A stretch of DNA of 63,997 nucleotides, filler included, from Reclinomonas americana ATCC 50394 (GCA_048213135.1; 11 parts of 6 records of this genome joined end to end with filler, not necessarily neighbours in it), one strand, 5' to 3'; shown: positions 18,527 through 32,113, numbered from the whole stretch's first letter. Translations and numbers: made by a program. Notes: generated from the letters alone by a model not told the origin.

Positions 18527-20294
18527 ATGGCGACCAAGACGACGAAGCGCAAGAAGATTGGCAAATGTTGCGTGTAGCACTCACACACTCACTCACTCTT
18601 GCTCTCTCTCGTGCGGTCTTTAGTGGCGGACGATGGCGCCATGACACGCACCCGAAAAAAAGCACACAGCAGCAGTCACTCACACTCACACTCGCAAAGA
18701 CAGAGATTGCTGTGTCTCCACGTGTGCCACCACTGAGAGAGAGCAAGAGAGTGTGTTTGTGTCAGAGTGAGTGCACTTGTCACACTCCGCACGCGTTGAT
18801 CAATTGAACAAACGAAGTGCACACTCTCTCTCTCACACACACAGACACAGTGGGCAAGAGAAAAGACACACACACACACACAGAGGAATGCGCGTCTGCG
18901 TGTGTGTGCGTGTGTAAGTGATGAGTGACATGGCGTTTTTCTTCTTCTTTTTTTGTCTCTCTCACACGTGAATTCCCCGCTCTTTTGTTTGTTTTGTTGT
19001 CGCAGATATCCTCGGCGAGAAGCTCGGCGAAGGCACCTTCTCGGTCGTGCGCGCTGCGGAGGTAATGTGTGTGTTCAAGTGCGCTGTCATTTCAGTGATG
19101 AGTGCAAGTCATTCACGTCACAGGCGCTGTCACTCAGTGCTCTCTCTCTCTCTCTCACTCACACACACTCTCTCTGTTGCACCCTCATCGTAACTCAGTC
19201 GTTGCAGTCATTGCAGACAGTCACTCAATCTCCCTGTTTCCGTTTCCCGTGTGATTCACCCTCCTTCATCTCTCTCTCTCTCTCTCTCTCTCTCTACTCT
19301 CTCTCGTCTCGTCTCTCTCTCTCTCTCTCTACTCTCTACTCGTCTCTCTCTCTCTCTCTCTACTCGTACGTACTCTCTCTCTCTCTCTCTCTCTCNNNNN
19401 NNNNNNNNNNNNNNNNNNNNNNNNNNNNNNNNNNNNNNNNNNNNNNNNNNNNNNNNNNNNNNNNNNNNNNNNNNNNNNNNNNNNNNNNNNNNNNNNNNNN
19501 NNNNNNNNNNNNNNNNNNNNNNNNNNNNNNNNNNNNNNNNNNNNNNNNNNNNNNNNNNNNNNNNNNNNNNNNNNNNNNNNNNNNNNNNNNNNNNNNNNNN
19601 NNNNNNNNNNNNNNNNNNNNNNNNNNNNNNNNNNNNNNNNNNNNNNNNNNNNNNNNNNNNNNNNNNNNNNNNNNNNNNNNNNNNNNNNNNNNNNNNNNNN
19701 NNNNNNNNNNNNNNNNNNNNNNNNNNNNNNNNNNNNNNNNNNNNNNNNNNNNNNNNNNNNNNNNNNNNNNNNNNNNNNNNNNNNNNNNNNNNNNNNNNNN
19801 NNNNNNNNNNNNNNNNNNNNNNNNNNNNNNNNNNNNNNNNNNNNNNNNNNNNNNNNNNNNNNNNNNNNNNNNNNNNNNNNNNNNNNNNNNNNNNNNNNNN
19901 NNNNNNNNNNNNNNNNNNNNNNNNNNNNNNNNNNNNNNNNNNNNNNNNNNNNNNNNNNNNNNNNNNNNNNNNNNNNNNNNNNNNNNNNNNNNNNNNNNNN
20001 NNNNNNNNNNNNNNNNNNNNNNNNNNNNNNNNNNNNNNNNNNNNNNNNNNNNNNNNNNNNNNNNNNNNNNNNNNNNNNNNNNNNNNNNNNNNNNNNNNNN
20101 NNNNNNNNNNNNNNNNNNNNNNNNNNNNNNNNNNNNNNNNNNNNNNNNNNNNNNNNNNNNNNNNNNNNNNNNNNNNNNNNNNNNNNNNNNNNNNNNNNNN
20201 NNNNNNNNGTCCGTCGTACGTCTACGTCGTACGTCGTCTCGTCGTCGTCGTCTCGTCTCTCGTCGTACTCGTCGTCTCTCGTCTCGTCTCTCTC

Positions 20295-20388
<94 letters not shown>

Positions 20389-23004
20389 GCATTCTCACTC
20401 GTACTCAGTCGCTGCATTCATAGCAGACTGTCACGCCCACTACTCAATCTCCCTGTTTCCGTTTCCTGACTCCTTCGTCTGTCTCTCGCTTACACTCAGT
20501 TTCTTTGTGTGTGTGTCTCTCCCCCTCTCTCTCACGCACACTCAGGTGTTGCATTCACAGCAGTCGGTCACGCCCACTACTCAATCTCCCTGTTCCCGTT
20601 TCCTGACTCCTTCGTCTCTCTCTCTCGCTTACACTCACTCTCTCTCTCTCTCTCACTCTCTCCCTCTCTCTCACACACACTCAAGTATTGCATTCACAGC
20701 AGTCGGTCGCGCCCACTACTCAATCTCCCTGTTTCCGTTTCCTGACTCCTTCGTCTGTCTCTCGCACATACGCTCTCCCTCTCTCTTCACAGCTGTTCCA
20801 TGTTTGTTGTTCATTGACTCCTCAATTTCTCCTTCGTCTCTCTTGTTCACGCTCACTCACTCTCTCATTTACTCAGTTGCTGCATTCACGGCAGTCCCTC
20901 ACTCTCTCTCTGTTTGTCGTGGACCTCCTCTCCTTCGTTCTCACGCATTCACTCCCACGATCCCCTCCTTGTGTCGCAGCTCACTCACTCCTCTCTCCTT
21001 CCTCTTGTCACTCACTTCCCCCCACCCTCACAGGATATCAACACGCACGAGATGTGGGCTGTGAAGGTTTGCCTCCCATCATTTCTTCTTTCTTTCTTGC
21101 ACCACCAACTCACTTGCTTGCCGCCAGGTCATTGAGATCGCCAAGATCGAGGGTGCGTCTCGTCGGAGCTCTCTCTATCTCTCCCACTCGCACCATGTCT
21201 CTGATCCCTTGTCGCTCTTCTGTAGCCGAGAGCATGGAGGAGCAGCTGAAGCGCGAAATCGCCATTTCCAAGAAGATGAAGCACCCGAACGTCGTGCAAA
21301 TGCGCGAAGTTGCGTGTCGGCACGGCTGCTGGGGAGCGCACGCACGAGTACTGATCATTCAAGTGCAGGTGTTCAAGACGCGCCATCACATCAACATTGT
21401 ACTCGAGTTCGTACGTGGTGGTGAGCTTTTTGATCGCATTGGTGAGTACTTGCTGTTTCTCTCGCCAGAAATCGATACCTGTGCGTTGACGCGGTTGCGG
21501 TGCAGTGCAAGCGCGTTTCTTCCCGGAAAAGATTGCCCGTCACTACTTCCAGCAGCTCGTGTTGGGTGCGTCTGCAGTTTCTCGGAATGATTGTGTGCTG
21601 TGAATCTATTACTGTCGCTCGTCATGCGTCTCGCTGTCGCTCGTCATGTGTTCCTCGCTGTCGCTCGTGATGCGTCTCGCTGTCGCTCGTCATGTGCATG
21701 TCACTGTCACTCGTCATGTGTGTCACGCTGTCGCTTGTCATGCGTGTCTTGCTGTCGCTCGACATGCGCGTCTCGCTGCCGCTCGTGTGTGCATGTCACT
21801 GTCGCTCTTCATGCGTCTCGCTGTCGCTCGTCATGCGTCTCGCTGTTGCTCGTCATGCGTCTCGCTGTTCCTCGTCATGCGTCTCGCTGTCGCTCGTCAT
21901 TCGTCTCGCTGTCGCTCGTCGTGTGTTCCTCGCTGTCGCTTGTCTGTGCTCTCGCTCTCACTCGTCACGTGTGTCTCGCTGCCGCTCGTCATGTGCATGT
22001 CACTGTCACTCGTCATGTGTGTCACGCTGTCGCTTGTCATGTGTGTCTCGCTGCCGCTCGTCATGTGCATGTCACTGTCGCTCGTCATGTGTGTCTCGCT
22101 GTCGCTTGTCATGCGTGTCTCGCTGTCGCTTGTCATGCGTGTCTCGCTGCCGCTCGTCATGTGTGTCTCACTGTCGCTCGTCATGTGCGTCTCGCTGCCG
22201 CTCGTCATGTGTTCCTCGCTGTCGCTTGTCATGTGTTCCTCGCTGTCGCTCGTCATGTGTTCCTCGCTGTCGCTCGTCATGTGTTCCTCGCTGTTGTTCA
22301 TCATGCGTTCCTCGCTTCCGCTTCTTTTTTGTCCCCCTTCTCTCCCTTCCCCTCCCCCCCTCTCTCCCTTCCCCTCTCACCCCTCACTTCCCCTCTCACC
22401 CCCCACTCCACAGGCCTGGACTACTGCCACTCGCAGGGCGTGGCTCACCGCGATCTCAAGCCCGAGAACCTGCTGTTGGACTCGAACGACAATCTCAAGA
22501 TCATGGACTTTGGTCTGTCGGCCCTGCAGCAGGACAAGCTGCTGAAGACCACCTGCGGCACACCCAACTACGTCGCCCCCGAAGTGCTGACCGAGAAGGG
22601 CTACGACGGCTTCATTGCCGACATTTGGTCGTGTGGTGTCATTCTGTTTGTCATGCTCGCCGGCAGTTGCGGAGTGGAGTGGAGCGGAATGGGAGAGAGA
22701 GAGAGGGTGATTGTGGTGCTCACTGTTGGGGTTGATGTGTGTACAGAGCTGCCGTTCGAGGATCGCAACATGCGCGGCCTTTTTGACAAGATTCAACATG
22801 CGCAGTACACGTTCCCGTCGCACTTTTCCGAGGGTGCCAAGGGTGAGTGTGTCGAAGTGGGGAGGAGAAGTGGGGGAGGGGAAGAGNNNNNNNNNNNNNN
22901 NNNNNNNNNNNNNNNNNNNNNNNNNNNNNNTTAATTAATTAANNNNNNNNNNNNNNNNNNNNNNNNNNNNNNNNNNNNNNNNNNNNTGAGAGAGTGCGTT
23001 CTCA

Positions 23005-23055
<51 letters not shown>

Positions 23056-23197
23056 CGAGTGGGAACACGACGCCGTCACGTACTCCTCGCCGAGCACGTG
23101 TTTCCGACTCATGTGTCATTGATTCGCAACACGGAATGATGCCATCGCAACCACTTGTCCGTTGCTGTGTTACTTTCTTCCTTCTACTTCTTGCATA

Positions 23198-23238
<41 letters not shown>

Positions 23239-24556
23239 TGCGAGGGGAAATACGACGCCGTCGCATTACTCCTCGTCGAGTACGCGTTTCATTCTGCGTC
23301 ATCGTTCGCAACACGGAATGCCCTCGCTACCACTTCTCCGTTACTGTGTCACTTTCTTCCTTCTATTTGCAACTTGTGACTGCGTGACTTGATCGTTTAC
23401 TCCTTTCATTCTTTGTCTCACTCTCTCCCCCTCCCCCCACCTTCCCCCATCGTCTCTCTCACATCTGCCCACCCACAGAGCTGATTGCCAAGATGCTGGT
23501 GGTCGATCCGAGGAGGAGAGCGACCCTCGCGCAGGTCATGGAAGACCCCTGGTTCCAAATGTGCGTTGTCCCCACTCCTTCAGCCTCTGGCCCCCACCTC
23601 TAACCACACTCTCCTTCCCCCTCCTCTCAGCGACTTCTCGCCGGTGACTGGCGAGACCATCGATGCCACCACGGCCGACGACCTGGAGAATGTGTTTGAC
23701 CAGACAGTGGAGGAGCCGTCAGGCGAGGTGATTGACGAGGCGCAGTCGACGGAGCCGTTGCGTGAACACACACACACACGCACAAGCACGCACACACACT
23801 CCTCTCACGCACACGCACACACACGCACACTTACTTCTTCTCTCACGCACACACGCACACACACTCTTGTGAACACACTCTCTCTCATGCGCGCACAACA
23901 CACACGATTTCTCTCTCTCTCTCTCTCACGCACACCTACACACATGCACACACACCCGTACTTCTTTTCTCTCTCTCTCTCTCACGCACACACACTCTCT
24001 CGTTCACACACGCAAACTCATTCGCGCACGCACAACACACACCCTTACTTTCTCTCTCTCTCTCTCTCACGCATCCTGCCTTCCATTTTACTCACATCTT
24101 CCCCCCGCCCACACAGNNNNNNNNNNNNNNNNNNNNNNNNNNNNNNNNNNNNNNNNNNNNTTAATTAATTAANNNNNNNNNNNNNNNNNNNNNNNNNNNN
24201 NNNNNNNNNNNNNNNNCCTCCTCCTCCTCCCTCCCCTCCCCCCCCCCCTCCCCCCTCCTCCCCTTTCCCTCACCACCTCCCTTTCCCACATCACAGGTCA
24301 AGTGCACTCGCGTCGCACCGCGCCTGCTCACCTTCTCGTGCCACGTGATTCCCACCGTCTCTCGCCGTCTCTCCATGGTCGACGTGCGTCGTGGAAAGGT
24401 AAAGTGCACTTGGTCGCCTCGTCTCCCCTCTTTATTGCTTGACTCACACTTCTCCTCTCAAAGGGCGATCGTCTCGAGTTCAACGACGTGTACCGCGAGA
24501 TGGTGCAAGCACTCGGCGAGTTGACGGGCGAGGGCGCAGCGAGTGGCTCCAAGTAA
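18527..24556 (+). CDS. CIPK: CIPK/SnRK3-like Ser/Thr kinase (NAF-region exon probably in the gap at 24117-24216)
   Basis: [67 protein letters not shown]-terminal [18 protein letters not shown] resembles CIPK tails. Confidence 0.85.
21610..22315. repeat. Intronic 22-24 bp minisatellite
   Basis: Roughly 30 copies of (CTCGCTGTCGCTCGTCATGTGTGT)-like units. Confidence 0.9.
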
Positions 24557-25187
24557 CTCCCCTCCAACCCCGACCAAAATTCGCTTTTTCCTCCCCACTT
24601 CTCCATGTGTCTGTCCTTCTCTCCTCCTTGTACGTCTGCGAAGCAGCACTCGCTCCCACCAGCGGGATTTCCCCTTTCTTTTTTCCCCTCACACTCCTTT
24701 GTAAAAGTCGAAAGGAAATGCTTCTCCAAGCCAAGGTCGACCTGTGGCGAGATCGAATGCCGACAAGTGGCGAGGTCGGGTTCAGGTCAGAAGCCGAAGC
24801 TGAATGCCAAGGGGTTGGCAAGCGTGTCGCAGCTGCAGCTGCCGATCGGTGGCGAATTCGAAGGGATAACTAGTCCGGTGCTGATCTCAGTGGCAAACGT
24901 GCCACAGCTGCGTATTCTTCGCTGAAACATTTTGCGCCATGATCATGAAGAAAGGGAAGATGACTGTTTGGAGAAATGGGTTTGTGCCTTGGTCATTGTC
25001 GGCAGTGTGCGGAACAATCCAAGGTCGATATCGACTCTCAAAACTGAAATCATGCACGGATCAATCTGCACGTTTCCTTGCCACCTGCTCGTGTGTCGCC
25101 TCTATTAACAAGCAGGCTTCCATGGCAGCGCGCCAAACAAAACAAAAACAAACAAACAACGTCATCGCCTCGAAATTTCGGCTGAAA

Positions 25188-25215
25188 ACACGTGGCGCCT
25201 CGTGTGACACGTGGC
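25188..25215 (+). promoter_or_regulatory. Two ACACGTGGC (G-box/UPR-element-like) motifs upstream of GRP94
   Basis: ACACGTGGC at 25188-25196 and TGACACGTGGC at 25205-25215, about 150-180 bp before the ATG. Confidence 0.4.
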
Positions 25216-25365
25216 GCGACACACTGAAATTCCGCAGCTCCTGTCTACTTTTCATTGTTTTTCGCCGCAGATCGAGAGAGGAACAGACGTTGCGTCACAC
25301 TCCCACAGCACACACAAGCCTCTCTGATTGTTTTGCTCATCTCCTTTGCTTGTGTAGACGCACAA

Positions 25366-27469
25366 ATGAGACGGTGGACAGTGTACTTTGCGCTTCTTGC
25401 GCTTCTGCTGCTGACGGCGTCGGCGCTGATGGCTGCGGTGCGCGCCAGCGACGATGAGGACACGGAGGAGGATGCCGATGACTCACCATCACCAAAGGTG
25501 GAGGAGGAGGAGGAGGAGGAGGCGCCGGCCGCCCCGGCCGCCGCGGGAAAGAAGAAGGCAATTGACGACACGGAGTTGGATGTTGCGTCACCACACACTT
25601 TTCTTGCACTTTTGCGTCATCAACTTTGTTTTTTTAAACCTCTTTCTCTGTTTGTTGCTGCGTAGGTGATTGAGTCGGTCAAGGCGACTGGTGAGTGCGC
25701 GCGCGTGTGCGTGATGACGTGTGACGTGTTTTGTTTTTTGCGTGCGTGCGTGCACATTTCGTGCTTTGGTTTTTTGTTTTGGTTTTTTTGTTTCTTCTCT
25801 CCTCCCCTGCGCACTCTCTTTCCGCACCACTGCGCGCGCTCGTCTGCGTTTCTCCGTGTTTGTCGGAGGGGTGTGCATGTCACGCGTGTGTGTTTTTTTT
25901 GCTTGCCATGTTGGGGCGACAACTGACTCTTTGTTGCCTCTCTCGTGTTTGCGTGGTGCAGGCGAGACGCACGGCTTCAACACCGATGTCAGCGTTGCGT
26001 AACCACACTTGTCGTCGGAAATAGCCGAGTTGTCTTGCGCGGGAAATTGCTGACGTGGCACTTGTGCGCGCACACAGCGCATGCTCAACATTATCATCAA
26101 CTCGCTGTACACCAACAAGGAGATTTTCCTCCGTGAGCTCATCTCCAACGGTGAGAGGCAGCCCCTCTTTTCCTTCTTTATCTCTTTGTTTTTGCTCATC
26201 TCTTTTCATCACAGCGAGTGACGCTCTCGACAAGGCCCGCTACCTGGTGCTGACCGAGAAGGAGAAGATTGTCGACCCGAACCTCGAGTACGAGATTCGC
26301 GTGAGTCACTCCTCCCTCACTCCTCTCCGCCCCTCCCATTTGCCACTTGTGTATTCACTTCTCTGTGCAGATCCAACCCGATCCGGAGCACAAGATGCTG
26401 CACATCACCGATACTGGTGTCGGCATGACCAAGGACGAGCTCATTGCCAACCTCGGTACTATTGCGCAGTCTGGCACTCGCAGTTGCGTCTCGTGCACAC
26501 TCGCTCCCCTCGACAAAGCTTCCCTTTCCCTCATTACTGCATCCCGACAGACTTCCTCGACAAGATGAAGGACGGTGTCGACAACAACCTCATTGGCCAG
26601 TTCGGTGTCGGTTTCTACTCGTCGTTCCTGGTCGCCGATCAGGTCACCGTGGCCTCGGTGTCGGCCTACGGCAAGGAGCAGAACATCTGGCAGTCGCAGG
26701 CCGACGGCAAGTTCTCGATTGCTAACGACAAGCGTGGCAACACCCTGAAGCGAGGGTACGTAAATTTTGTGTGTCATTGCCGCTCTTCGTTAGCGTGTGC
26801 GCTCACTCTTTCTTTTTGTATCCACAGCACCCGCATCTCGCTGCAGCTGAAGGACGACTGCGAGGAGTACCTGCAGGAGGACAAGCTCCGCGATCTCATT
26901 CGCCGCTACTCGGAGTTCATCAACTTCCCGATCTACCTGTACACCTCGAAGGAGGTCGAGAAGGAGGTGGAGCTGGAGGAGCCGGAGAAGGTGTGTGTGT
27001 GTTTGGGTGACAGAATCAATGATTTCAGTGCGCTTACAAAAAAGAAATACCATGCAGCCGCCGAAGCCAGAGAAGTCCGAGGACGAGAAGCCGGAGGAGG
27101 CCGCAGAAGATGACGAAGACGAGGAGGAGGAGGAGGAGGCTGAGGACAAGAAGAAGAGTTTCGTCTTGTGTCATTCACCCCACTGTTGAGATGCGTGGCT
27201 GACATAATCGTCGCGGAAACACAGAGACCAAGACCATCACCGAGACTGTCTACGAGTGGGAGCTTGTGAACGAGAACAAGCCCATCTGGACCCGCAACCC
27301 GAAGGACGTCGATGAGGCGTTGCGTCTAACTTGCGCCTCTCTCTCTCTGATCACAACGAACTGCCCTTCTCACTCTGCGCGCAACCACAGCGAGTACAAC
27401 AAGTTCTTCAAGAACCTGACTCAGGAGACTGAGGCCCCGTCTGCGTTCATCCACTTCAAGGCTGAGGTG

Positions 27470-27515
<46 letters not shown>

Positions 27516-28442
27516 NNNNNNNNNNNNNNNNNNNNNNNNNNNNNNNNNNNNNNNNNNNNTTAATTAATTAANNNNNNNNNNNNNNNNNNNNNNNNNNNNN
27601 NNNNNNNNNNNNNNNTATGTTGTTGATGAGGATTTTTTTCTGCGGGTGGTCGTTGGATCTCGTTTGTCTGACATGCTTTCGCTTGCCAAATGCAGGACTT
27701 TATCAAGTGGTACAAGGAGCTGCTCGGCTCCAAGGTCGACCGCGTCCACGTGTCGCACCGCCGCTCGTCGCAGCCAGCGCTGCTGCTCTCTGGCCAGTAC
27801 GGTGTGTCGGCCAACATGATGCGCATCCTGAAGGCTCAGGCTCTGGCCCGCGACAAGGACTACGAGTTTCGTACTGAGTGCATGCAGAAGAGAAGAGACT
27901 GCCGTATCGAAATGTTACTGACGTGCGTTCACAGCCTGTACCATGGTGGCAAGGTGCTGGAGGTCAACCCGGTGCACCCTGTGATCAAGTCGCTGAAGGC
28001 CCGCTACGAGGCCGACGCCGACGATGAGGAGCTGGCCAGACTGGCTGAGCTGCTGTTCGAGACCGCGTCGATCCAGACCGGCTTCGAGCTGAGCGACGCG
28101 CCCAAGTACGCCAGCACGGTGCTCGATGTGCTCCGCCGCCTGGGTGAGTTTTTTTCTCTTTTGCCGCTTCTGTTAACTCGTCATCATGCGCACTCACATT
28201 TTCCTCCTTCACAATGTGCAGTGGGTGCTGAGGAGGCCAACAACGAGGAGCTGATGGCCGGCTTCAAGCCAGCGCCAAAGGAGGAGAAGAAGGAGGAGGA
28301 GGAGGCGGCGGCCGGCGAGACCAAGGAGGAGGTCAAGGCCGAGGAGGCTGCTGAGGACGGTGACGACGACGATGACGCCGGCGCTGCCTCGGCTGCCGAC
28401 GACGACGACGATGATGACAGCAACGTCAAGGACGAGCTGTAA
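25366..28442 (+). CDS. HSP90B1: ER Hsp90 / endoplasmin (GRP94); middle-domain exons lost in the gap at 27516-27615
   Basis: Signal peptide, [63 protein letters not shown]-terminal KDEL*. Confidence 0.97.
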
Positions 28443-29759
28443 TCATTTTTTCGTCACTAGCTAGGTTTTCTTACGAATTTTTTTTTTTGCCTCGCAGCTT
28501 GCGCCCCTCCCCCGTTCTACAGTCTCTTGTTTTCTTCTTTATATGTGGTAGCTTTGTGAACGCAAAGTGAACATTGTGTACGTAGCGTGGTACAAGGAAG
28601 GGAAAGGGAGGGGGAAGAGGAAGAGAGAGGAGAGGACTGGTATAACGTAGAGCAGACACATAAAGAGCATCACCTGCATTGAGTGTAGAAAGAGAGAGCG
28701 TCGGCAACNNNNNNNNNNNNNNNNNNNNNNNNNNNNNNNNNNNNNNNNNNNNNNNNNNNNNNNNNNNNNNNNNNNNNNNNNNNNNNNNNNNNNNNNNNNN
28801 NNNNNNNNNNNNNNNNNNNNNNNNNNNNNNNNNNNNNNNNNNNNNNNNNNNNNNNNNNNNNNNNNNNNNNNNNNNNNNNNNNNNNNNNNNNNNNNNNNNN
28901 NNNNNNNNNNNNNNNNNNNNNNNNNNNNNNNNNNNNNNNNNNNNNNNNNNNNNNNNNNNNNNNNNNNNNNNNNNNNNNNNNNNNNNNNNNNNNNNNNNNN
29001 NNNNNNNNNNNNNNNNNNNNNNNNNNNNNNNNNNNNNNNNNNNNNNNNNNNNNNNNNNNNNNNNNNNNNNNNNNNNNNNNNNNNNNNNNNNNNNNNNNNN
29101 NNNNNNNNNNNNNNNNNNNNNNNNNNNNNNNNNNNNNNNNNNNNNNNNNNNNNNNNNNNNNNNNNNNNNNNNNNNNNNNNNNNNNNNNNNNNNNNNNNNN
29201 NNNNNNNNNNNNNNNNNNNNNNNNNNNNNNNNNNNNNNNNNNNNNNNNNNNNNNNNNNNNNNNNNNNNNNNNNNNNNNNNNNNNNNNNNNNNNNNNNNNN
29301 NNNNNNNNNNNNNNNNNNNNNNNNNNNNNNNNNNNNNNNNNNNNNNNNNNNNNNNNNNNNNNNNNNNNNNNNNNNNNNNNNNNNNNNNNNNNNNNNNNNN
29401 NNNNNNNNNNNNNNNNNNNNNNNNNNNNNNNNNNNNNNNNNNNNNNNNNNNNNNNNNNNNNNNNNNNNNNNNNNNNNNNNNNNNNNNNNNNNAGGTTTGT
29501 GTGCTTTCTCTCTCCCCGCCTTTGCTTCCTCTTCTGCTCTCTGTCTCTCATCATCATAACTTCTCTGATGTAGTGCGTCGATTGGCGATGCGTTTGCGTG
29601 GTGGCGGCTGTGGAACGTCCAAGCGACGAGACGTTGACATTGTGGTGCAGTCGCCGTCGCCTGCGCGATATGGTGGACAGTGTTGCGTTGATGGGGAAGG
29701 GGGGGGGACAGGGGGGAGACAAGGGGGAGGGAAGGAGGGGGGATGAAGGGGATGAAGGG

Positions 29760-30630
29760 GAAGAAGGCACAAAGAGAGTTCAAAGAGGATGAAGGAGAGG
29801 GAACAGCGAGAGTTCAAGGAGTGGATGGAGGGGAGGGCACGGCGAGAGCGGAACAAGGGATGCAGCAGAAGACTCGGCGAGAGTTCAAGGAGTGGATGGA
29901 GGGGAAGGCACAACGAGAGATCAAGGAGTGGATCGAGAAGGCACAGCGAGAGTTCAAGGAGTGGATCGAGAAGGCACAGCGAGAGTTCAAGAAGGGATAG
30001 AGAGAAGGTACAACGAGAGATCAAGGAGTGGGTGGCGGGGAAGGCACAACGAGAGATCAAGGAGTGGATCGAGAAGGCACAGCGAGAGTTCAAGGAGTGG
30101 ATCGAGAAGGCACAGCGAGAGTTCAAGAAGGGATAGAGAGAAGGTACAACGAGAGATCAAGGAGTGGGTGGATGGGAAGGCACTGCAAGAGTTCCAGAAG
30201 GGATCGAGGGAAGGTACACGGAGGAGTGAATGGAGGAGAAGGTACACCAAGGAGAAAGGCACAGTGAAAGTTTCAAGGAGTGGATGAAGGGAAGGCACAA
30301 TGGGAGTTCATGGAGTGGATGGAGGGGAAGGCACAACGAGAGTTGCTGTGGTTTGTTCACACTGCGCTCAATCAATCACCAGCAATGCTCTTGCCTTGTC
30401 CAGTCGTAGTGAAGGATAAAGGGAAGAACTCAGATGAGCCTTCCCTCTATCCCTTCTTGAACTCTCGCTTTGCTTTCCCCTCCATCCCCTTCTTGAACTC
30501 TTGTTGAGCCTTCTCTCTATCTCTTCTTGAGCTGTCGGTGTGCTTTCCCCTGCATCCACTCCTTGATCTCTCGTCTCTATCCGTTCTTGAACTCTCGCTG
30601 TGCCTTCCCTTCATCCACGCCTTGAACGCA
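29760..30630. repeat. 30-33 bp minisatellite with an inverted arm (foldback)
   Basis: GAAGGCACAGCGAGAGTTCAAGGAGTGGATCGA units at 29760-30345, reverse-complement units at 30439-30627. Confidence 0.85.
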
Positions 30631-30870
30631 AGGAGATAGCAGTCGATTATGCGTGTCATCCGTTCACAGAAGGCGACGCACTCTGTGAGCAGCAGGCAGG
30701 CAAGAGAGACCATGTGAGATGGGAGTGAGTGAAGGGAAGATTTCTGAAGTCAGAACAGAAACCGCACGTGAAAGTAGAGCCAAGCAATTTAAGTACATCT
30801 CCTTTCTTTCTCTTTCCCTTCCCCTTCCCTTCCCCTCCCTACCCTCGCTCACTTTCCCTTTGCAGTCCTG

Positions 30871-31728
30871 ATGAACGGCAACGGGCACAACGGCAACAGC
30901 ATACCTGCCGTGGCCATGGCCATGGTCGCCGCCGCTCGACAGAACAGTCCGTCGCCCGCTCCCGGCGCACCCAAGTCTCCCGTGCCCGTGCTGGCGGCAC
31001 CATTGTCGCCACTGGCGGCGCAGCCGCGGAGACCGAGTTTGGAGTTGTCGGCGTCGGCGCCGTTGGATCGCGTGGCGCCGGTGTGGGAGGCCATGAGTCT
31101 CGGCATTTCGCCACCGTCGTCGTTCAACACAGCGTCCATCGATAATGCGTCGCCCACGGTGAGCTTGGAAAAAGGAAGGGCTCGGTGGGAGAGGGAGAGA
31201 GGCTCATTTAATCCTCGCAGGGTGCTCTCGTCATGTCTCGCGACCCGCTCCTCGACAAGGTGTTGGAGGTGGCTCGCCAGTGGAGATTACAGGAGCAGCG
31301 ATGGAACGACATGGATGTGTTGCGACCGGCCAAGTTGGTGAGTTGCCGCCGCCGTCTCCACTTTCTCGCTCTTCACCGTGTTTCTTGCCTTTGCCCCGCT
31401 GTTTCCACACCACTCTCCGCTTCTCTACCATCCGCCATCCCTCCCACTTTTTTCCATCTCCTTCACCGTGTTCACCGCCTCCGCGTATCTGTTGTCCAAT
31501 TTCACTCTCCGCTTCTCCACCAACCGCCACCTTTGCATTCACCCTCTCCCCATCGTGTTCATCGCCTTCGCCCCGCTGTTTCCACTCCACTCTCCGCTTC
31601 TCTACCATCCGCCATCCCTCTCACTTTCTTTCCATCTCCTTCACCGTGTTCACCGCCTATGCCTTTCTGTTTCCATTTCACTCTCCGCTTTTCCACCGTC
31701 CGCTCTTCTCTTCTCTTTGTCCTCCGCT

Positions 31729-31770
<42 letters not shown>

Positions 31771-32069
31771 CGTCTCGTCTCTCGTCTCGTCGTCTCGTCG
31801 TCTCTCTTCGTCTCTCTCTCTCTCTCTCTCTCTCTACTCTCTACTCTCTCTCTCTCGTCTCTCTCTCTCTCNNNNNNNNNNNNNNNNNNNNNNNNNNNNN
31901 NNNNNNNNNNNNNNNTTAATTAATTAANNNNNNNNNNNNNNNNNNNNNNNNNNNNNNNNNNNNNNNNNNNNGTTTCCGTTTTTACCTTACCTTACCTTCC
32001 CGTCCCGTTTTCCTTACCCGTTACCGTCCGTCCTTCCTTCTTCCTTCCTTCTCTCTCTCTTCCGTCCTC

Positions 32070-32113
<44 letters not shown>

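Noticed and set aside
20209..20300. CGTACGTCGTCTCGTCG-type repeats beside gaps (also ~19300, 31770, 55190, 59120)
   Set aside because: Found only where CT microsatellites meet contig ends. Looks like read-end or pyrosequencing phase noise.
21591..22934. Long Cys/Arg/Ser-rich ORFs in the ORF track, and similar ones at 40124-41305, 45451-46522 and 59264-60167
   Set aside because: Translations of intronic minisatellites, microsatellites or N runs. They are not independent genes.
22931..22942. TTAATTAATTAA palindrome recurring ~10 times (also 24161, 27560, 31916, 36121, 50351, 55100, 57432, 59207, 60719)
   Set aside because: Always flanked by equal N runs. It is an artificial contig linker with stops in all frames.
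29743..30345. KAQREFKEWIE repeat protein or CRISPR-like array
   Set aside because: Contains in-frame stops and frame breaks. The units are contiguous with no unique spacers, and there are no cas genes in this eukaryotic context.
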